Shown in pieces: positions 1-10,399 of a stretch of 64,000 nt of DNA (its first letter is position 1; every line of letters begins with the position of its first letter). The DNA lies in IMG/VR virus record IMGVR_UViG_3300006341_000010, positions 2,407 through 66,406 of that record; one strand, given 5' to 3'. Below the pieces are notes generated by a model. The model ran no database searches. It was not told the DNA's origin and was given only the letters and a program-made list of their open reading frames with translations. A program made the position numbers and the translations under genes. The stretch comes from a virus.

Positions 1-193
1 TGACATAAAAGATACCTGCTCGGACTAGCCATTTAAGTTGATCCCCTATGGGTTGTAAGTCTTTATGTAGTTTCTTTACAGAATCACTTAATTCTCCTAT
101 TACTTTATCTGTCTGGTCAGCCCTATACTCTAAGAGTTTCTGTCCTGACTTTAAGGTGCTTAAGTCTTCTCTCATTTTATTGTTATCCTCCAC
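1..193 (-). CDS. Partial small coiled-coil + TM protein, holin-like (XhlA-type); possible dual start GTG193/ATG175
   Basis: Reads (MEDNNK)MREDLSTLKSGQKLLEYRADQTDKVIGELSDSVKKLHKDLQPIGDQLKWLVRAGIFYV to the window edge; two SD sequences; lies at the end of the tail module. Confidence 0.45.
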   Translation of the reverse strand, partial: MEDNNKMREDLSTLKSGQKLLEYRADQTDKVIGELSDSVKKLHKDLQPIGDQLKWLVRAGIFYV

Positions 194-298
194 GGTTGTA
201 TTTCCTCCTTATTGAACCGTTAAACATTGAGGGCAGAAAGTCCTAAGGGCAGTAAGGACTTTAGGGTTTAACGGATATACTGTAAATTACGTGCTAAT

Positions 299-3200
299 CT
301 AAGGAGCGCTGTTAACTAAATCACTTGACAGGAAATTATAACCTATGAAGTGTGCATTGCCTTCTAGGTCTTGTATAGAGGATACAGAAGTTTCTATCTC
401 ATAATAATGATCAGGAGGTAAGTAATTAGTATTCATATTACCTGAACCTGCTACTAATAAAGATATGTCTTGAGTGTTTCCGTTATTATACAAACCAGAT
501 ATATTAGATGATTGATCACTATTCCAAATAGCTAACTGATTTAGTAAGATGTCTTTAGGATAATTACCACTAGCAAATCTACCGAATCTATAGTTCTGAC
601 CTACAATAGATCCATTATATCCATTGTTATTATGGGTATTGTTTGTAGACTGTAGGACTCCATCTATATATATTTTAAATCTAGAATAGTAACTAGTAAT
701 ACTACCAGATGCTACTCCTGTAGTACCTCCATTATAAGCAACAACAACATGTTGCCATTTAGTAGGATCTATTGAGGAGTTAGGGGTAGTTAATTGTAAG
801 TGATTAACGTTAGAACCATAACGTATCCTTAGACGTTTAAGTCCATTATTGTTAGTTTGCTTAATCTCTATGTGTCCATTATTAGTTGTGTCTTGAGCAC
901 CGAAGTAGAATAAAGTTTGACCTGTGTTAGATGCCGAGCCTTTAAACCAGAAGGCTATAGTCCAAGCATCGCTAGCTCCTGAACCATTAGATGATCTCTC
1001 TAGCGCAGTTACTAATGAGGCATTACCTCCTAGATAAGAAGATACACCATCTTGAAACTGTAAGGATTTAGTGTTAGTATATACAGGCTCTACTACATTT
1101 AATGTAACATTAAAATTAACAATACCTCCTAAAGGGTTACCAGCTTTACATGCAATCACATGAGTACCTGTAGTACTAGGTGCAGTACCGTAAAAGTAAC
1201 CAGTAGATTGATTTAACACAGCCCATGAAGGTGCATCTAGCTCACCATACTGAGTCACTATGTCGCTACCAGAGTCTAGGGTTATAGGGACATTGAATGC
1301 TTGATTCTTAGTTATGTCAATAGTCTGGTCACTAATGTCAGGAGCAAAATTAGTAGTAGGTTGAGGCCCTTGTCCTATTTGTTGTACGGAAACGTTAGGG
1401 AGTAAAGTGGAGGTACTACTATAAGAGGTAGCTCCGTAATATAAACTAATAGGAGTACCATTAAGAGTACTGTCCCAAGTCATTATTACTTCACCTCTAT
1501 CTTCATCCCATAGTTCTAATACATTATTATTATTGTACCTTAAAGATACAGTTACGGAATTACCATCTGTCAGATTCCAGTATGGTTGACCGAAGGACGT
1601 ATTATCATATAAACTATTAGATGTGTTTAGAGTCCATCCAGTAGCATTCCCAATTATTTCCTGAACATCCCAACGGAATCGTCCTGTCAAGAAGTTAATA
1701 GGGTTTGACTCTCCAGTTGCTGCTCCTGTGTAACCAATACCAAAACTCCTATTATTACCTGCTGCTGGTAGTTGCCATACTAGTTTATAATTAGGTTCGA
1801 TCTCTAAGTTAGACTTGACGATAGTTTGTTGCTCTATACCATCTGACCATTCTCCGCCTTCAGAGTTATCAAAATCTGCAACTATAGTCCAAGTATCTTT
1901 CCTTTTAATCATAACAGGGAACTTAGCATTGGGTTGGTTATCACCTCCAAAGAATATAGTTTGTGTGTTACCTACTAATGCCGTGTTTGACTTGCCTATG
2001 AGAACAGGTTCTGGATCTGATATATCAAATAAGTACAGGTAGTTATCATTACCATAACGTAACGACAGGGCGGTGTTATTTGAAATAGTGTATCCACTTG
2101 CATACCTACTAGCAACATCCACACCTACTGAAGTCTCCTTAACAGTAGTCCCAAACTTAAAGTTAGTAGACCATTTGTTGTTTAAGAAGATATCTACTTC
2201 ATCGTTAGTTGCTTCACTACCTGAATAAACACCTAAGACGTATTCACCTCCTACCTCATGTGTCCATATATATTCCTCACCCTTCTCTAAGAAATCCCCG
2301 TTGTAGAAAGGTTGTTTATCTTTAATTGCTGATACAACTGACGGATAAGTCACTACATCCCCTGAATTATTACCATAAGCTATGTACCAATCCTCTGCAC
2401 GGGAAGGTAGACTAGACCCATTAATCATATTACTTGCATCAATAGTAATTATACTAGAGTCATTCATCGTTAGTTCTAAATTAGACCCATTTAAAGCACC
2501 ACTAGTTACAAATTTATTTTCATCGACACCTAAGGTAGTTACATCTACAGTAAATGAAGTACCATCCTGTAAGGTAAGAGTTAGGTTGTTGTTAGTCAAG
2601 GCGAAGTTAGTAACTGGATTACCTCCTCCTGATGTAAACCCTACAGTGTTAGTAAATAAATCATTCAGCTGAGTTACAGCTAACGACTGTACTGAGTTAA
2701 CAGCAACTCCATTGATAGTAGCTCCACTGACAGGGACTACGAATTGGATCTTGTCTGTTCCTTTAAGGACTACCTTGATTTCAGTCTTATGTGCTAAGGC
2801 TTGAAGTTCATTAACACTATAAGGGTTAATAAGGGTACCTCCTACACCTTCCCTAACTTCTACGTTGCCTGTGTTAGTTACATTAAAGTCAACAGCAGGG
2901 AATTTCATTGAGTGATTAGAGAAAGGTAACTCATGGTACGAACCAGCTAGAGGAGGGTTAATGGCTTTCTGTCCTATACTGTGATAGGAATTATCCCCTA
3001 AAGCTACCCTAAGGTTTGTTAGATCTACGTCACTGAAGTCGATAGCATAGTCTTGACCGATGAAACCTACATCATCTATATTTATAATATTCTTATCATT
3101 GTCAGCTAAGGCACTTAAAGTTGGGCTTAAGTATATACCAACCTTAGAAACATTAGATCCTAAACCTGTGTAATGGACTTGAGTATCTAGTATCTCAGCG

Positions 3201-4333
3201 ATGAATCGGGCTGCTGGGTTTATAGAGATAGTAGTACCTAATAGATTATAAGCATCATTAATTTGAATACTAGCTTTAGCATCACCTACGTTACCGATAC
3301 CATTATAAGTTGAACGGTTATTATCAAACACGCCACCAGACCTCCAAGTAGCATTGCCTGATCCCCATACACACCATGCAGCATTCCAGTTACCATTAGC
3401 ATCATTGTGTGAGAACTTATTATTAAGACCACCTATGCACAAGTAACCATTGTTAGCGTTGTACGAGCTAGAGTTATTAGCTACTATTATGTTCTGGCAA
3501 CCATAATGGGTAGAGCCAGCAGCCAAGTATATACCTGCCTCTATGTTCTGGCTTGAGCGATTACGAGTTACAACCCCTGCCCCTCCTACACCACAATCTT
3601 GTATCCTAAGTCCCCTAAGATTTTTAGTTGCTTCATTACCTATCATCTCCACGAAAGTACTATTCTCTATCCTAGCAGCTCCTCCATCACTAGCAGCAGA
3701 GCTTGCATAGAATGCTTGAAGATCAGCAGCAGATGAGTCATAGCCTAAAAGACCTGAAGTACCTGAGGGGAGTATAGTGTTTAAGGAAGTACCACTCCAT
3801 CCATTATTAGTAAGGACACAATCTCTTAGTACTACATTTAAAGTATTTTTAGTATGGACACCGTAAGCACCTGAATTTTTTATGTTAAGATTATTAAATG
3901 AATAAGACTTAGTATTATCAAGAGCATCTACATAAAAAGTACTACCATTGTTAGGGTCATAAGTAGTATAACCTACTAAGGTATCTTCTTGTCCATAGAA
4001 GTGTAGGCTCTTGTCAGAAGGTAAAGTTATTTGTGAAGTACCTAGATTGCTACCTTTGATTAAAATACTATCACCATCTGATGCATTAGAGATAGCAGAC
4101 TGGATGGTCTTGTAAGGTCTGATATCGGAACCAGTCTCTACACTACCTGTATAATCAGGGTCAACTACTAGGTTAAAAGAACCTGACGTAGACTCTAAGT
4201 CTGATATATCTAAGGTAGAGTATTTATTAGCTTTAATAGTAGCAGTTCTTTCCTGAACGCTGTCATAGATTATAAAGACATCATCGGAAGAATGGGATGA
4301 AATCTCTGGTAAGTCTGTTATTTTAGTTGCCAT
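299..4333 (-). CDS. Large tail spike/depolymerase-like protein (right-handed beta-helix, Ig-like repeat, C-terminal LamG-like lectin domain)
   Basis: 1344 aa, N/G/S/T-rich with beta-helix-like repeats; APSWAVLNQSTGYFYGTAP Ig-like motif; WTIAFWFK...KWQHVVVAYNG...KIYIDG LamG motif; AAAGGAG SD. Confidence 0.7.
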   Translation of the reverse strand: MATKITDLPEISSHSSDDVFIIYDSVQERTATIKANKYSTLDISDLESTSGSFNLVVDPDYTGSVETGSDIRPYKTIQSAISNASDGDSILIKGSNLGTSQITLPSDKSLHFYGQEDTLVGYTTYDPNNGSTFYVDALDNTKSYSFNNLNIKNSGAYGVHTKNTLNVVLRDCVLTNNGWSGTSLNTILPSGTSGLLGYDSSAADLQAFYASSAASDGGAARIENSTFVEMIGNEATKNLRGLRIQDCGVGGAGVVTRNRSSQNIEAGIYLAAGSTHYGCQNIIVANNSSSYNANNGYLCIGGLNNKFSHNDANGNWNAAWCVWGSGNATWRSGGVFDNNRSTYNGIGNVGDAKASIQINDAYNLLGTTISINPAARFIAEILDTQVHYTGLGSNVSKVGIYLSPTLSALADNDKNIINIDDVGFIGQDYAIDFSDVDLTNLRVALGDNSYHSIGQKAINPPLAGSYHELPFSNHSMKFPAVDFNVTNTGNVEVREGVGGTLINPYSVNELQALAHKTEIKVVLKGTDKIQFVVPVSGATINGVAVNSVQSLAVTQLNDLFTNTVGFTSGGGNPVTNFALTNNNLTLTLQDGTSFTVDVTTLGVDENKFVTSGALNGSNLELTMNDSSIITIDASNMINGSSLPSRAEDWYIAYGNNSGDVVTYPSVVSAIKDKQPFYNGDFLEKGEEYIWTHEVGGEYVLGVYSGSEATNDEVDIFLNNKWSTNFKFGTTVKETSVGVDVASRYASGYTISNNTALSLRYGNDNYLYLFDISDPEPVLIGKSNTALVGNTQTIFFGGDNQPNAKFPVMIKRKDTWTIVADFDNSEGGEWSDGIEQQTIVKSNLEIEPNYKLVWQLPAAGNNRSFGIGYTGAATGESNPINFLTGRFRWDVQEIIGNATGWTLNTSNSLYDNTSFGQPYWNLTDGNSVTVSLRYNNNNVLELWDEDRGEVIMTWDSTLNGTPISLYYGATSYSSTSTLLPNVSVQQIGQGPQPTTNFAPDISDQTIDITKNQAFNVPITLDSGSDIVTQYGELDAPSWAVLNQSTGYFYGTAPSTTGTHVIACKAGNPLGGIVNFNVTLNVVEPVYTNTKSLQFQDGVSSYLGGNASLVTALERSSNGSGASDAWTIAFWFKGSASNTGQTLFYFGAQDTTNNGHIEIKQTNNNGLKRLRIRYGSNVNHLQLTTPNSSIDPTKWQHVVVAYNGGTTGVASGSITSYYSRFKIYIDGVLQSTNNTHNNNGYNGSIVGQNYRFGRFASGNYPKDILLNQLAIWNSDQSSNISGLYNNGNTQDISLLVAGSGNMNTNYLPPDHYYEIETSVSSIQDLEGNAHFIGYNFLSSDLVNSAP

Positions 4334-4347
4334 TATATCTCCTTTAG

Positions 4348-5307
4348 TTATGGATTCTCTAGGGCAGTCACCCTAGCTTTTAGATTATTAAATTCTACTA
4401 TATGTTTTTCATACTGAGTAGTTGTCTCGAATAGTATAGGTTCTTCATCAACATCTATAAATAAAGAACAATCCTCGAAATGTAATGTATTCTTATCTGT
4501 CAAGCTAGCTAAAGAATACTCAGCACATAATAGCTCCTCTAGGTACGCTAGGTACTTAAAGCCATACTCCCTAGCTAACAACCTAGCGTAGATCTTATCA
4601 GGTTCTGCTTCTGAAGGACGTACCTTTAAAGGAGTCCATCTAGTTCTATCACCTTTATTACCTTTGTCTAATAACATCTCGACATGAAGTTGCATACCTG
4701 CTGTCAAGTTACTATGCTCAGGGAAGCTCCAGTTAAAAGTATCTCCTATTTCTAGATCAACACCTTCTAAGATGTCATCATATATCCTTACACCTTCTGA
4801 ACTAGTACCTAAGTATATAGCATAATGTAATCTATCTCCCCTAGATAAAGGTTCCTCAATGATTACATCAATCTCAAATATACTAATAGAAGTATTGAGT
4901 ACTGTATCTAATACGAAAGGGACAGAACCATGAGCAGCTGGTCCTCCCCTAGGTTCTAGGCCTCCACTGCCATCATCAATGACATCCCCAAAGTAAGAAG
5001 CAGTAGCTCTAATAACACCTGAGTCCCCTCTGTTACTTAAATCCCTATGGTCTCGTAGAACTGTAGATGCTGGATATGCCGATGAATTAGTAACTAAGTT
5101 AGTAACCGCTATGTCAGAACCTGAACCTGAGATCTTAATACTCTTATCTAAGAATAAAGAAGATAAGGTAGTTTGTAAAGGTACATCACCTTCTAGTTGC
5201 TCTAGGTCTTCTGAGTATTTAAAGTTATCTAAGGTTTTATAATCTATTTTAGCTAAGGGGCTATTACCTTTCTGTAAACCATGTCTCCACTTAGTTATCT
5301 TAGCCAC
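4348..5307 (-). CDS. Tail-associated protein with C-terminal coiled coil
   Basis: 319 aa, ends LKARVTALENP; co-oriented within tail module. Confidence 0.5.
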   Translation of the reverse strand: MAKITKWRHGLQKGNSPLAKIDYKTLDNFKYSEDLEQLEGDVPLQTTLSSLFLDKSIKISGSGSDIAVTNLVTNSSAYPASTVLRDHRDLSNRGDSGVIRATASYFGDVIDDGSGGLEPRGGPAAHGSVPFVLDTVLNTSISIFEIDVIIEEPLSRGDRLHYAIYLGTSSEGVRIYDDILEGVDLEIGDTFNWSFPEHSNLTAGMQLHVEMLLDKGNKGDRTRWTPLKVRPSEAEPDKIYARLLAREYGFKYLAYLEELLCAEYSLASLTDKNTLHFEDCSLFIDVDEEPILFETTTQYEKHIVEFNNLKARVTALENP

Positions 5308-5611
5308 TCAAAGTACCTCCTACATACGCAGGGGCTGAGGAACTATAAGCTACTAATGTGTTGACAGGGAAGTTAGCCATAATATAAACAGCTGTGACTG
5401 GAGGGCTTGAGGAACTATAAGATTCTCCGGGAGCTAAGGGTAACATTTCTGTTTCCTTATATCTTCGGTTCTCGTCACCTAAGCCTATATAAATAAATTC
5501 TGTGTTTGATAAGTTGTAGATGTCTAACTCTGTCCTATTGGGATCTCTACCAAGAACCATAGTCGGAACAGGGTCAGCAATGTAGGGTTTTGTGTATGAA
5601 ATTGATCCCAT
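5300..5611 (-). CDS. Small virion/tail-associated protein
   Basis: 103 aa, AAAGGAG SD, overlaps the next gene. Confidence 0.5.
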   Translation of the reverse strand: MGSISYTKPYIADPVPTMVLGRDPNRTELDIYNLSNTEFIYIGLGDENRRYKETEMLPLAPGESYSSSSPPVTAVYIMANFPVNTLVAYSSSAPAYVGGTLSG

Positions 5612-5764
5612 TATCTCTCCTTTGTTGGTGTATTATATAGGGTTTGATAACAGGGGAAGGAAATAATTATAAAATAAATTAAAATAATTGAAACTAAAGC
5701 ATAAATAAAAGGTCTTAAACGTTGAACTTTTTAAATAGTTAATATAGTCTAATAAGGAGAACTA

Positions 5765-6307
5765 ATGAAAGATATTAAAGATTATGAAGATTTGTACGCA
5801 ATAACTGAAGATGGTAAGGTTTGGAGCAAGCCTAGACATACAGGATATAGACATATTGGAGGATATTGGATGAAACCTCAGGTATACTCGGAAGGGTATG
5901 AGAGAGTTTTATTATGTAAGGAAGGTAAAGCTACTAGGAAATCTATACACAGGTTAGTAGCGGAAGCTTATCTAGATAGAATAGAAGGTCTAGATGTAGT
6001 GAATCATAAAGATGAAGACAAGTTAAACAATCATTTTAGTAATCTGGAATGGTGTACTACTCAGTATAATGTAGAATATTCAGCAGCTAAACGACGTAAG
6101 CTTGATTTAAGTTTTAAGAAGTGGTATGAATTTGAACACCCAGATCATGGAATAAAGAGAGTAAACAGGGTACAGAGATTAGCTGAGGAGTTTGGTATCA
6201 GTAAAGGACAACTAAGTGGTCTAGTTAATGGCAGACTAAAGTCAGCTAAGGGTTGGGTATTAAAAGATTTATATAAAAATTATATATGTCCTGTAACTTT
6301 TTATTAG
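5765..6307 (+). CDS. NUMOD4-HNH homing endonuclease
   Basis: KDIKDYEDLYAITEDGKVWS (NUMOD4), IHRLVAEAY...VNHKDEDKLNNHFSNLEWCT...N (HNH); AAGGAG SD; inserted antisense to late genes. Confidence 0.9.
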   Translation: MKDIKDYEDLYAITEDGKVWSKPRHTGYRHIGGYWMKPQVYSEGYERVLLCKEGKATRKSIHRLVAEAYLDRIEGLDVVNHKDEDKLNNHFSNLEWCTTQYNVEYSAAKRRKLDLSFKKWYEFEHPDHGIKRVNRVQRLAEEFGISKGQLSGLVNGRLKSAKGWVLKDLYKNYICPVTFY

Positions 6308-6366
6308 AACAGGGATCTAATACTATAGGTCCCTTAAGAAAAGTTTAATAAAAATTAAAATAAAGG

Positions 6367-6395
6367 TTGACAAATGAAAGAAAATATGATATAAT
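6367..6395 (+). promoter_or_regulatory. Consensus sigma70 promoter with extended -10
   Basis: TTGACA(6367-72), 17 bp, TGa-TATAAT(6390-95); AT-rich UP-like region upstream. Confidence 0.85.
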
Positions 6396-6500
6396 ATTAA
6401 TATATACTAAAGTAAATTAACTTAAAGTATAAAGTTGTTATTGATATTGTGAAACAAGTTAATAAGATTCCTTAAGAGTCTTAAAGTATAAGGAACAATA

Positions 6501-6713
6501 ATGACAAAGTTATCAGATATAATGAACTTAGATGAAGTAATTCTAAAATTAATTCTATTACATGATTCCAATAAATCCAAACCTAAACACCCTGTACCTC
6601 CTCTAGCCCTATTGTACGCAGAGTACCTAAGAGAAGGTAGAAAGAATAATGAACCTAATCTATACACCTTCGAAGAATTCTCCCAGATAGCAAAAGGCCC
6701 CAAGGAACCATAA
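6501..6713 (+). CDS. Hypothetical 70-aa protein
   Basis: AAGGA SD, own promoter at 6367, terminator-like hairpin at its end. Confidence 0.6.
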   Translation: MTKLSDIMNLDEVILKLILLHDSNKSKPKHPVPPLALLYAEYLREGRKNNEPNLYTFEEFSQIAKGPKEP

Positions 6714-6737
6714 GGAACCAAGGGGCCTTTGTTGTTT
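6692..6737. terminator. Probable bidirectional terminator between convergent genes
   Basis: AAAGGCCCC...GGGGCCTTT inverted repeat with T-rich flanks on both strands. Confidence 0.55.
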
Positions 6738-9700
6738 TAGTCTAGTTCTTCTGCTAATTTCCCTACACCTTTATGGTATACAGGAGTTAGCTGTTTCATT
6801 AAACCACTTCCATTTATCTCACCTTCAGACATAAGCCTATTTAACTCTGTCCCTACAGCCACAGCATCACCTGCTGTTGGCCCTGCAAAGTTACCTACAC
6901 CATCATAGCCTGAGTATAATGGAGATACTAAGGCAGCACCCGGGGCAACCATAGAAGCTACACCTGTTGCCATCTTAACAGCTACATCCCTTTCGGACTC
7001 AGTGTCTTTAGGTTTAAAACCTTCGGAGTCATAAGCAGCCCAGTATGTCATGGCAGATGTTACACCTAACAACCCACCAATCTTATTCATAGCCTGAACT
7101 TTATTTCCCCTGTTCCACATCTTAGTAGCCTCATCAATAGTAGACATTGCTACCTCATTAGAGAATGTAGAGGTGAATGATTTAAACTGGCCCATCATCC
7201 TTAAGGCACTAGAGTTACTTGATAACCACTTAGCTTTATTAAGTTTGTTAGGGTTAGCTACCATCTCATTAGCAAACCTAGCTGAACCACGCTTGATAGA
7301 TAGATATATTTTATCTTCTACGTTAGCTCCATTCTTCATCCAATCAACTGCAAGATCAGGACTGATGTTCATCCTCGTAAGGAAGTCCCTTCTCCCTGCT
7401 GCATTCTTGTTGTCTGGATTCCTCATCAATCCTTTGATAGACTTTAAGATATCTTGGTTAGCTGCCTCATAAGCAATAGCCCTTGAGTGTTCAGTCCATT
7501 GATGTAAGCCAAATGCTTTCATTAGTTTAGTGTTGACCTTAGCTGGTAGTCCTTCAAGACCTTCACCTACTAGGGCTTCAAGTCTCTCCTGTACCGCAGC
7601 TTCATGGATCAATCCCATCTCCATAGCTTCCTTCCGCATCTGAGCTGGTTGTTTACTCCCTGCTAATGATTTAAGTTTGTTACCACCATAAGCTTTCGCT
7701 AGGGCCTTAAGGGCTCCACCCTCATGCATCTTGAATAAGATAGTAGATGGTTCTAAGGCAGAGGTTAGTGTCACTAGAGGTAGCTTAGAGAAAGCTTGCC
7801 ATGCTAATGCACCATCAGCCGCTGGTTTAAATTTACCTTCACCTCCATAAGAACCTTGAAGTAAGTTATATACATCCCTAATTCCTTCAACTTCCTTCTG
7901 GGTCATAAGTCTACCTGCTTCATCAGACTCTCTAGAGATCTGGTTTAACCAACCTGATAGCTTAGATCCATTATAACCAAACACCCTATCAACCTCAGTC
8001 CTCTTAACACCATTGTTTACATATCTGTTAATAGTAGCTAAGAAGTTTTCATCTAAGTATTCGTTAAGGATTTGGTCAGGGACATCCTTCCACTTCCTGT
8101 GGCCTACTGGCATTGTCTCATTAGTCTTAGAAGTAAACGTAAAGCCATCTCCCTCAACTTCTACATTAGTCCTTGCCTCATCCTTAACCTTATCTAAGTT
8201 CTCCGCTATAGCTCTTACAGAGGCTCTTACATCCTCATACTTATACTTAGGGGTACCATCTTTCTTAGTGACAGTCATGATAGAATCCACTAAGGCCTTT
8301 TGGCTCTCAGGAGTCTCTAGCTTTGTTCTATCATAATAACGTGGTAAGAAGTTAGGGGTCTTATCTACTTCCATTCCAGCATCAACCATGTATTCCCTTA
8401 TGTCATCAAGTACCTTCCTAGTACTATCAGCTGACGCTTGGATGATAGGGTTATCAGATTCCTGTACTCCCCTCATGTGTAGCATAAGTTGTTGTTCACC
8501 ACCTTCAACACCATCAACTAAAGTCTTAACCTCAAGTAACTTAGAGGCATACTCAGATTGCTTGAATGATGTATTCTCTTGGATAGTATACACAGGAGCC
8601 CTGCCTGCTTTACCATTAGAATCCCTAGGACTTAGGGTATCAATAAGTAACTTAGCTGTAGGGGATTGCTTAGTAAGTTTCCTTAATGGAGCAGTGGCAC
8701 TTACCATATAGTTAGAGTACCAATGACCTAAAGCATTCTGAGCCTTAGTAGCTTTGAATTGCCCTGATAAGTCTTGTCCTACAATCCCTTCAACATTAAC
8801 AATCCCTTCCTTAAGGAGGTCAGGGGTTAAGCGTCTTAGGGTATGTTCAGTTCCATCTGAGTCTGAGAACTTCATATAGTTCTGAGTGATCTTAGGTTCC
8901 CTGTTCGTAGATAGATGCCATCGTTGAGCAATATCATCAATCTCTGTTTGATCTCTCTTAGAACCTTTTAGTTCTTCAAGCTTAAGGTTTAAGTCATTGA
9001 TCTCCTGCTCCCCTCTAGCTTCAGCCTTAGCAGCCTTGAGTTCTTCTTTGGCACTTTTGGTCTCAAGGTCTATCATGGCCATAGCTTCTTTATCATCCTT
9101 GTACTTCTTCTTAGATTTCTCTAGTTGTTCTAGCTTGTAGTTCAGGTTATCCATTGTTTCTGTATTAACTATTTCAAAGTTATATACATTACCATTCTGA
9201 TCTACATAAGTCTCAGTAGCTGTGTCTGCTAGTTCCTCATTGATCTTAGACTTCTCTCTAGCTCTATCTAAGTTTAACTCAGTAGAAGATTTCAATTCCT
9301 CTGCAAACTTCCTTGAATTATCTACGTCAGCTTGGTAGTCCATGTTCTCTGAGGTCCCACGGGTTAATACCTTACCACCTAAATGTAAGACAGCACCAAT
9401 AGTAGCATCTACCTTAGCTTGTTCTAAAGCCTTAACGTGATCTAAAGAACCTCTACCTTCCTGTGCTTGTTGTGCTAGGTTATCAATGTAACCAATAGTA
9501 CCACCACCCGCAGCAGCTCCTGTAGTGCCCGCTACGATCTTTGCAACTTGAGTAGTACGTTGGCCCGCCTTAAGAGTTTTAGCAGCTAAACCAGCCGTAT
9601 AGGCCGCCCTACCGGCAGCTATCTCAGGTAGGAACACTAGCTCAGGTTTATTAATAACTTCTTGAACAAAACTCTTAGCTAACTTAGTTGGGTTATCTTT

Positions 9701-10387
9701 GACTTGTTCATAGAACTCCCTCATTGTAGGCATTTCAGAATTAGCAAACTGATCTTGTAAGTAGTTCTGGTATTGCAGTTCATACTTCTGGTTCCATAGT
9801 TTCTTAGCTTGCCTAACTTGCTTATAGTCTGTAAGCTTTACGTTCCCTAGTTCCTTAAGGTTCCTATCAACAATCTCCATTGCCATTGCTCTACCTTCAG
9901 ACTTAGTGTACCCTAGTCTCATAGGATCTTCTATCCCTAGTTCTACTTGTCTTTCCTCATCAGCATAAGTAGAGTTATACCAAGACCAAGCAGCCCTATT
10001 AACTTTACCTATGAATGTTTCATTAGCTAAACTATTACCAACAAATCCAGTCCAGTCTAGGTCCTCGCCTTGTTGTTGTCTTTGTTCAGCATATTGTTTA
10101 AATGATTGTGGTTCATAGAACTTTTCACCTTCAGCTTTAGCAGGGATTTGATCTACCCTGTCTTGAGTCCTACGACCCCTAGCTCTCTGTCTGGTAGTCC
10201 TTGAACTCCTCCGGCTCCTACGTTGTTTAGTTCTACGAGTTGATCTACGAGAACGACTAGAGGATGCCAAAGCATCCCCCATATATACATCCTCTTTGAT
10301 CTCAAAAGGTTCTGAAGAAACCTCAAGGTTTGGTAGAGATTGCCCTACCATCCCTGTAGTTGTGAAATCAATTGCCGTTGTAGTCAT
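6737..10387 (-). CDS. Large internal virion (ejection) protein
   Basis: 1216 aa, helical, last of four co-transcribed core genes as in podovirus ejectosome modules. Confidence 0.65.
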   Translation of the reverse strand: MTTTAIDFTTTGMVGQSLPNLEVSSEPFEIKEDVYMGDALASSSRSRRSTRRTKQRRSRRSSRTTRQRARGRRTQDRVDQIPAKAEGEKFYEPQSFKQYAEQRQQQGEDLDWTGFVGNSLANETFIGKVNRAAWSWYNSTYADEERQVELGIEDPMRLGYTKSEGRAMAMEIVDRNLKELGNVKLTDYKQVRQAKKLWNQKYELQYQNYLQDQFANSEMPTMREFYEQVKDNPTKLAKSFVQEVINKPELVFLPEIAAGRAAYTAGLAAKTLKAGQRTTQVAKIVAGTTGAAAGGGTIGYIDNLAQQAQEGRGSLDHVKALEQAKVDATIGAVLHLGGKVLTRGTSENMDYQADVDNSRKFAEELKSSTELNLDRAREKSKINEELADTATETYVDQNGNVYNFEIVNTETMDNLNYKLEQLEKSKKKYKDDKEAMAMIDLETKSAKEELKAAKAEARGEQEINDLNLKLEELKGSKRDQTEIDDIAQRWHLSTNREPKITQNYMKFSDSDGTEHTLRRLTPDLLKEGIVNVEGIVGQDLSGQFKATKAQNALGHWYSNYMVSATAPLRKLTKQSPTAKLLIDTLSPRDSNGKAGRAPVYTIQENTSFKQSEYASKLLEVKTLVDGVEGGEQQLMLHMRGVQESDNPIIQASADSTRKVLDDIREYMVDAGMEVDKTPNFLPRYYDRTKLETPESQKALVDSIMTVTKKDGTPKYKYEDVRASVRAIAENLDKVKDEARTNVEVEGDGFTFTSKTNETMPVGHRKWKDVPDQILNEYLDENFLATINRYVNNGVKRTEVDRVFGYNGSKLSGWLNQISRESDEAGRLMTQKEVEGIRDVYNLLQGSYGGEGKFKPAADGALAWQAFSKLPLVTLTSALEPSTILFKMHEGGALKALAKAYGGNKLKSLAGSKQPAQMRKEAMEMGLIHEAAVQERLEALVGEGLEGLPAKVNTKLMKAFGLHQWTEHSRAIAYEAANQDILKSIKGLMRNPDNKNAAGRRDFLTRMNISPDLAVDWMKNGANVEDKIYLSIKRGSARFANEMVANPNKLNKAKWLSSNSSALRMMGQFKSFTSTFSNEVAMSTIDEATKMWNRGNKVQAMNKIGGLLGVTSAMTYWAAYDSEGFKPKDTESERDVAVKMATGVASMVAPGAALVSPLYSGYDGVGNFAGPTAGDAVAVGTELNRLMSEGEINGSGLMKQLTPVYHKGVGKLAEELD

Positions 10388-10399
10388 AATCCTCCTCTA

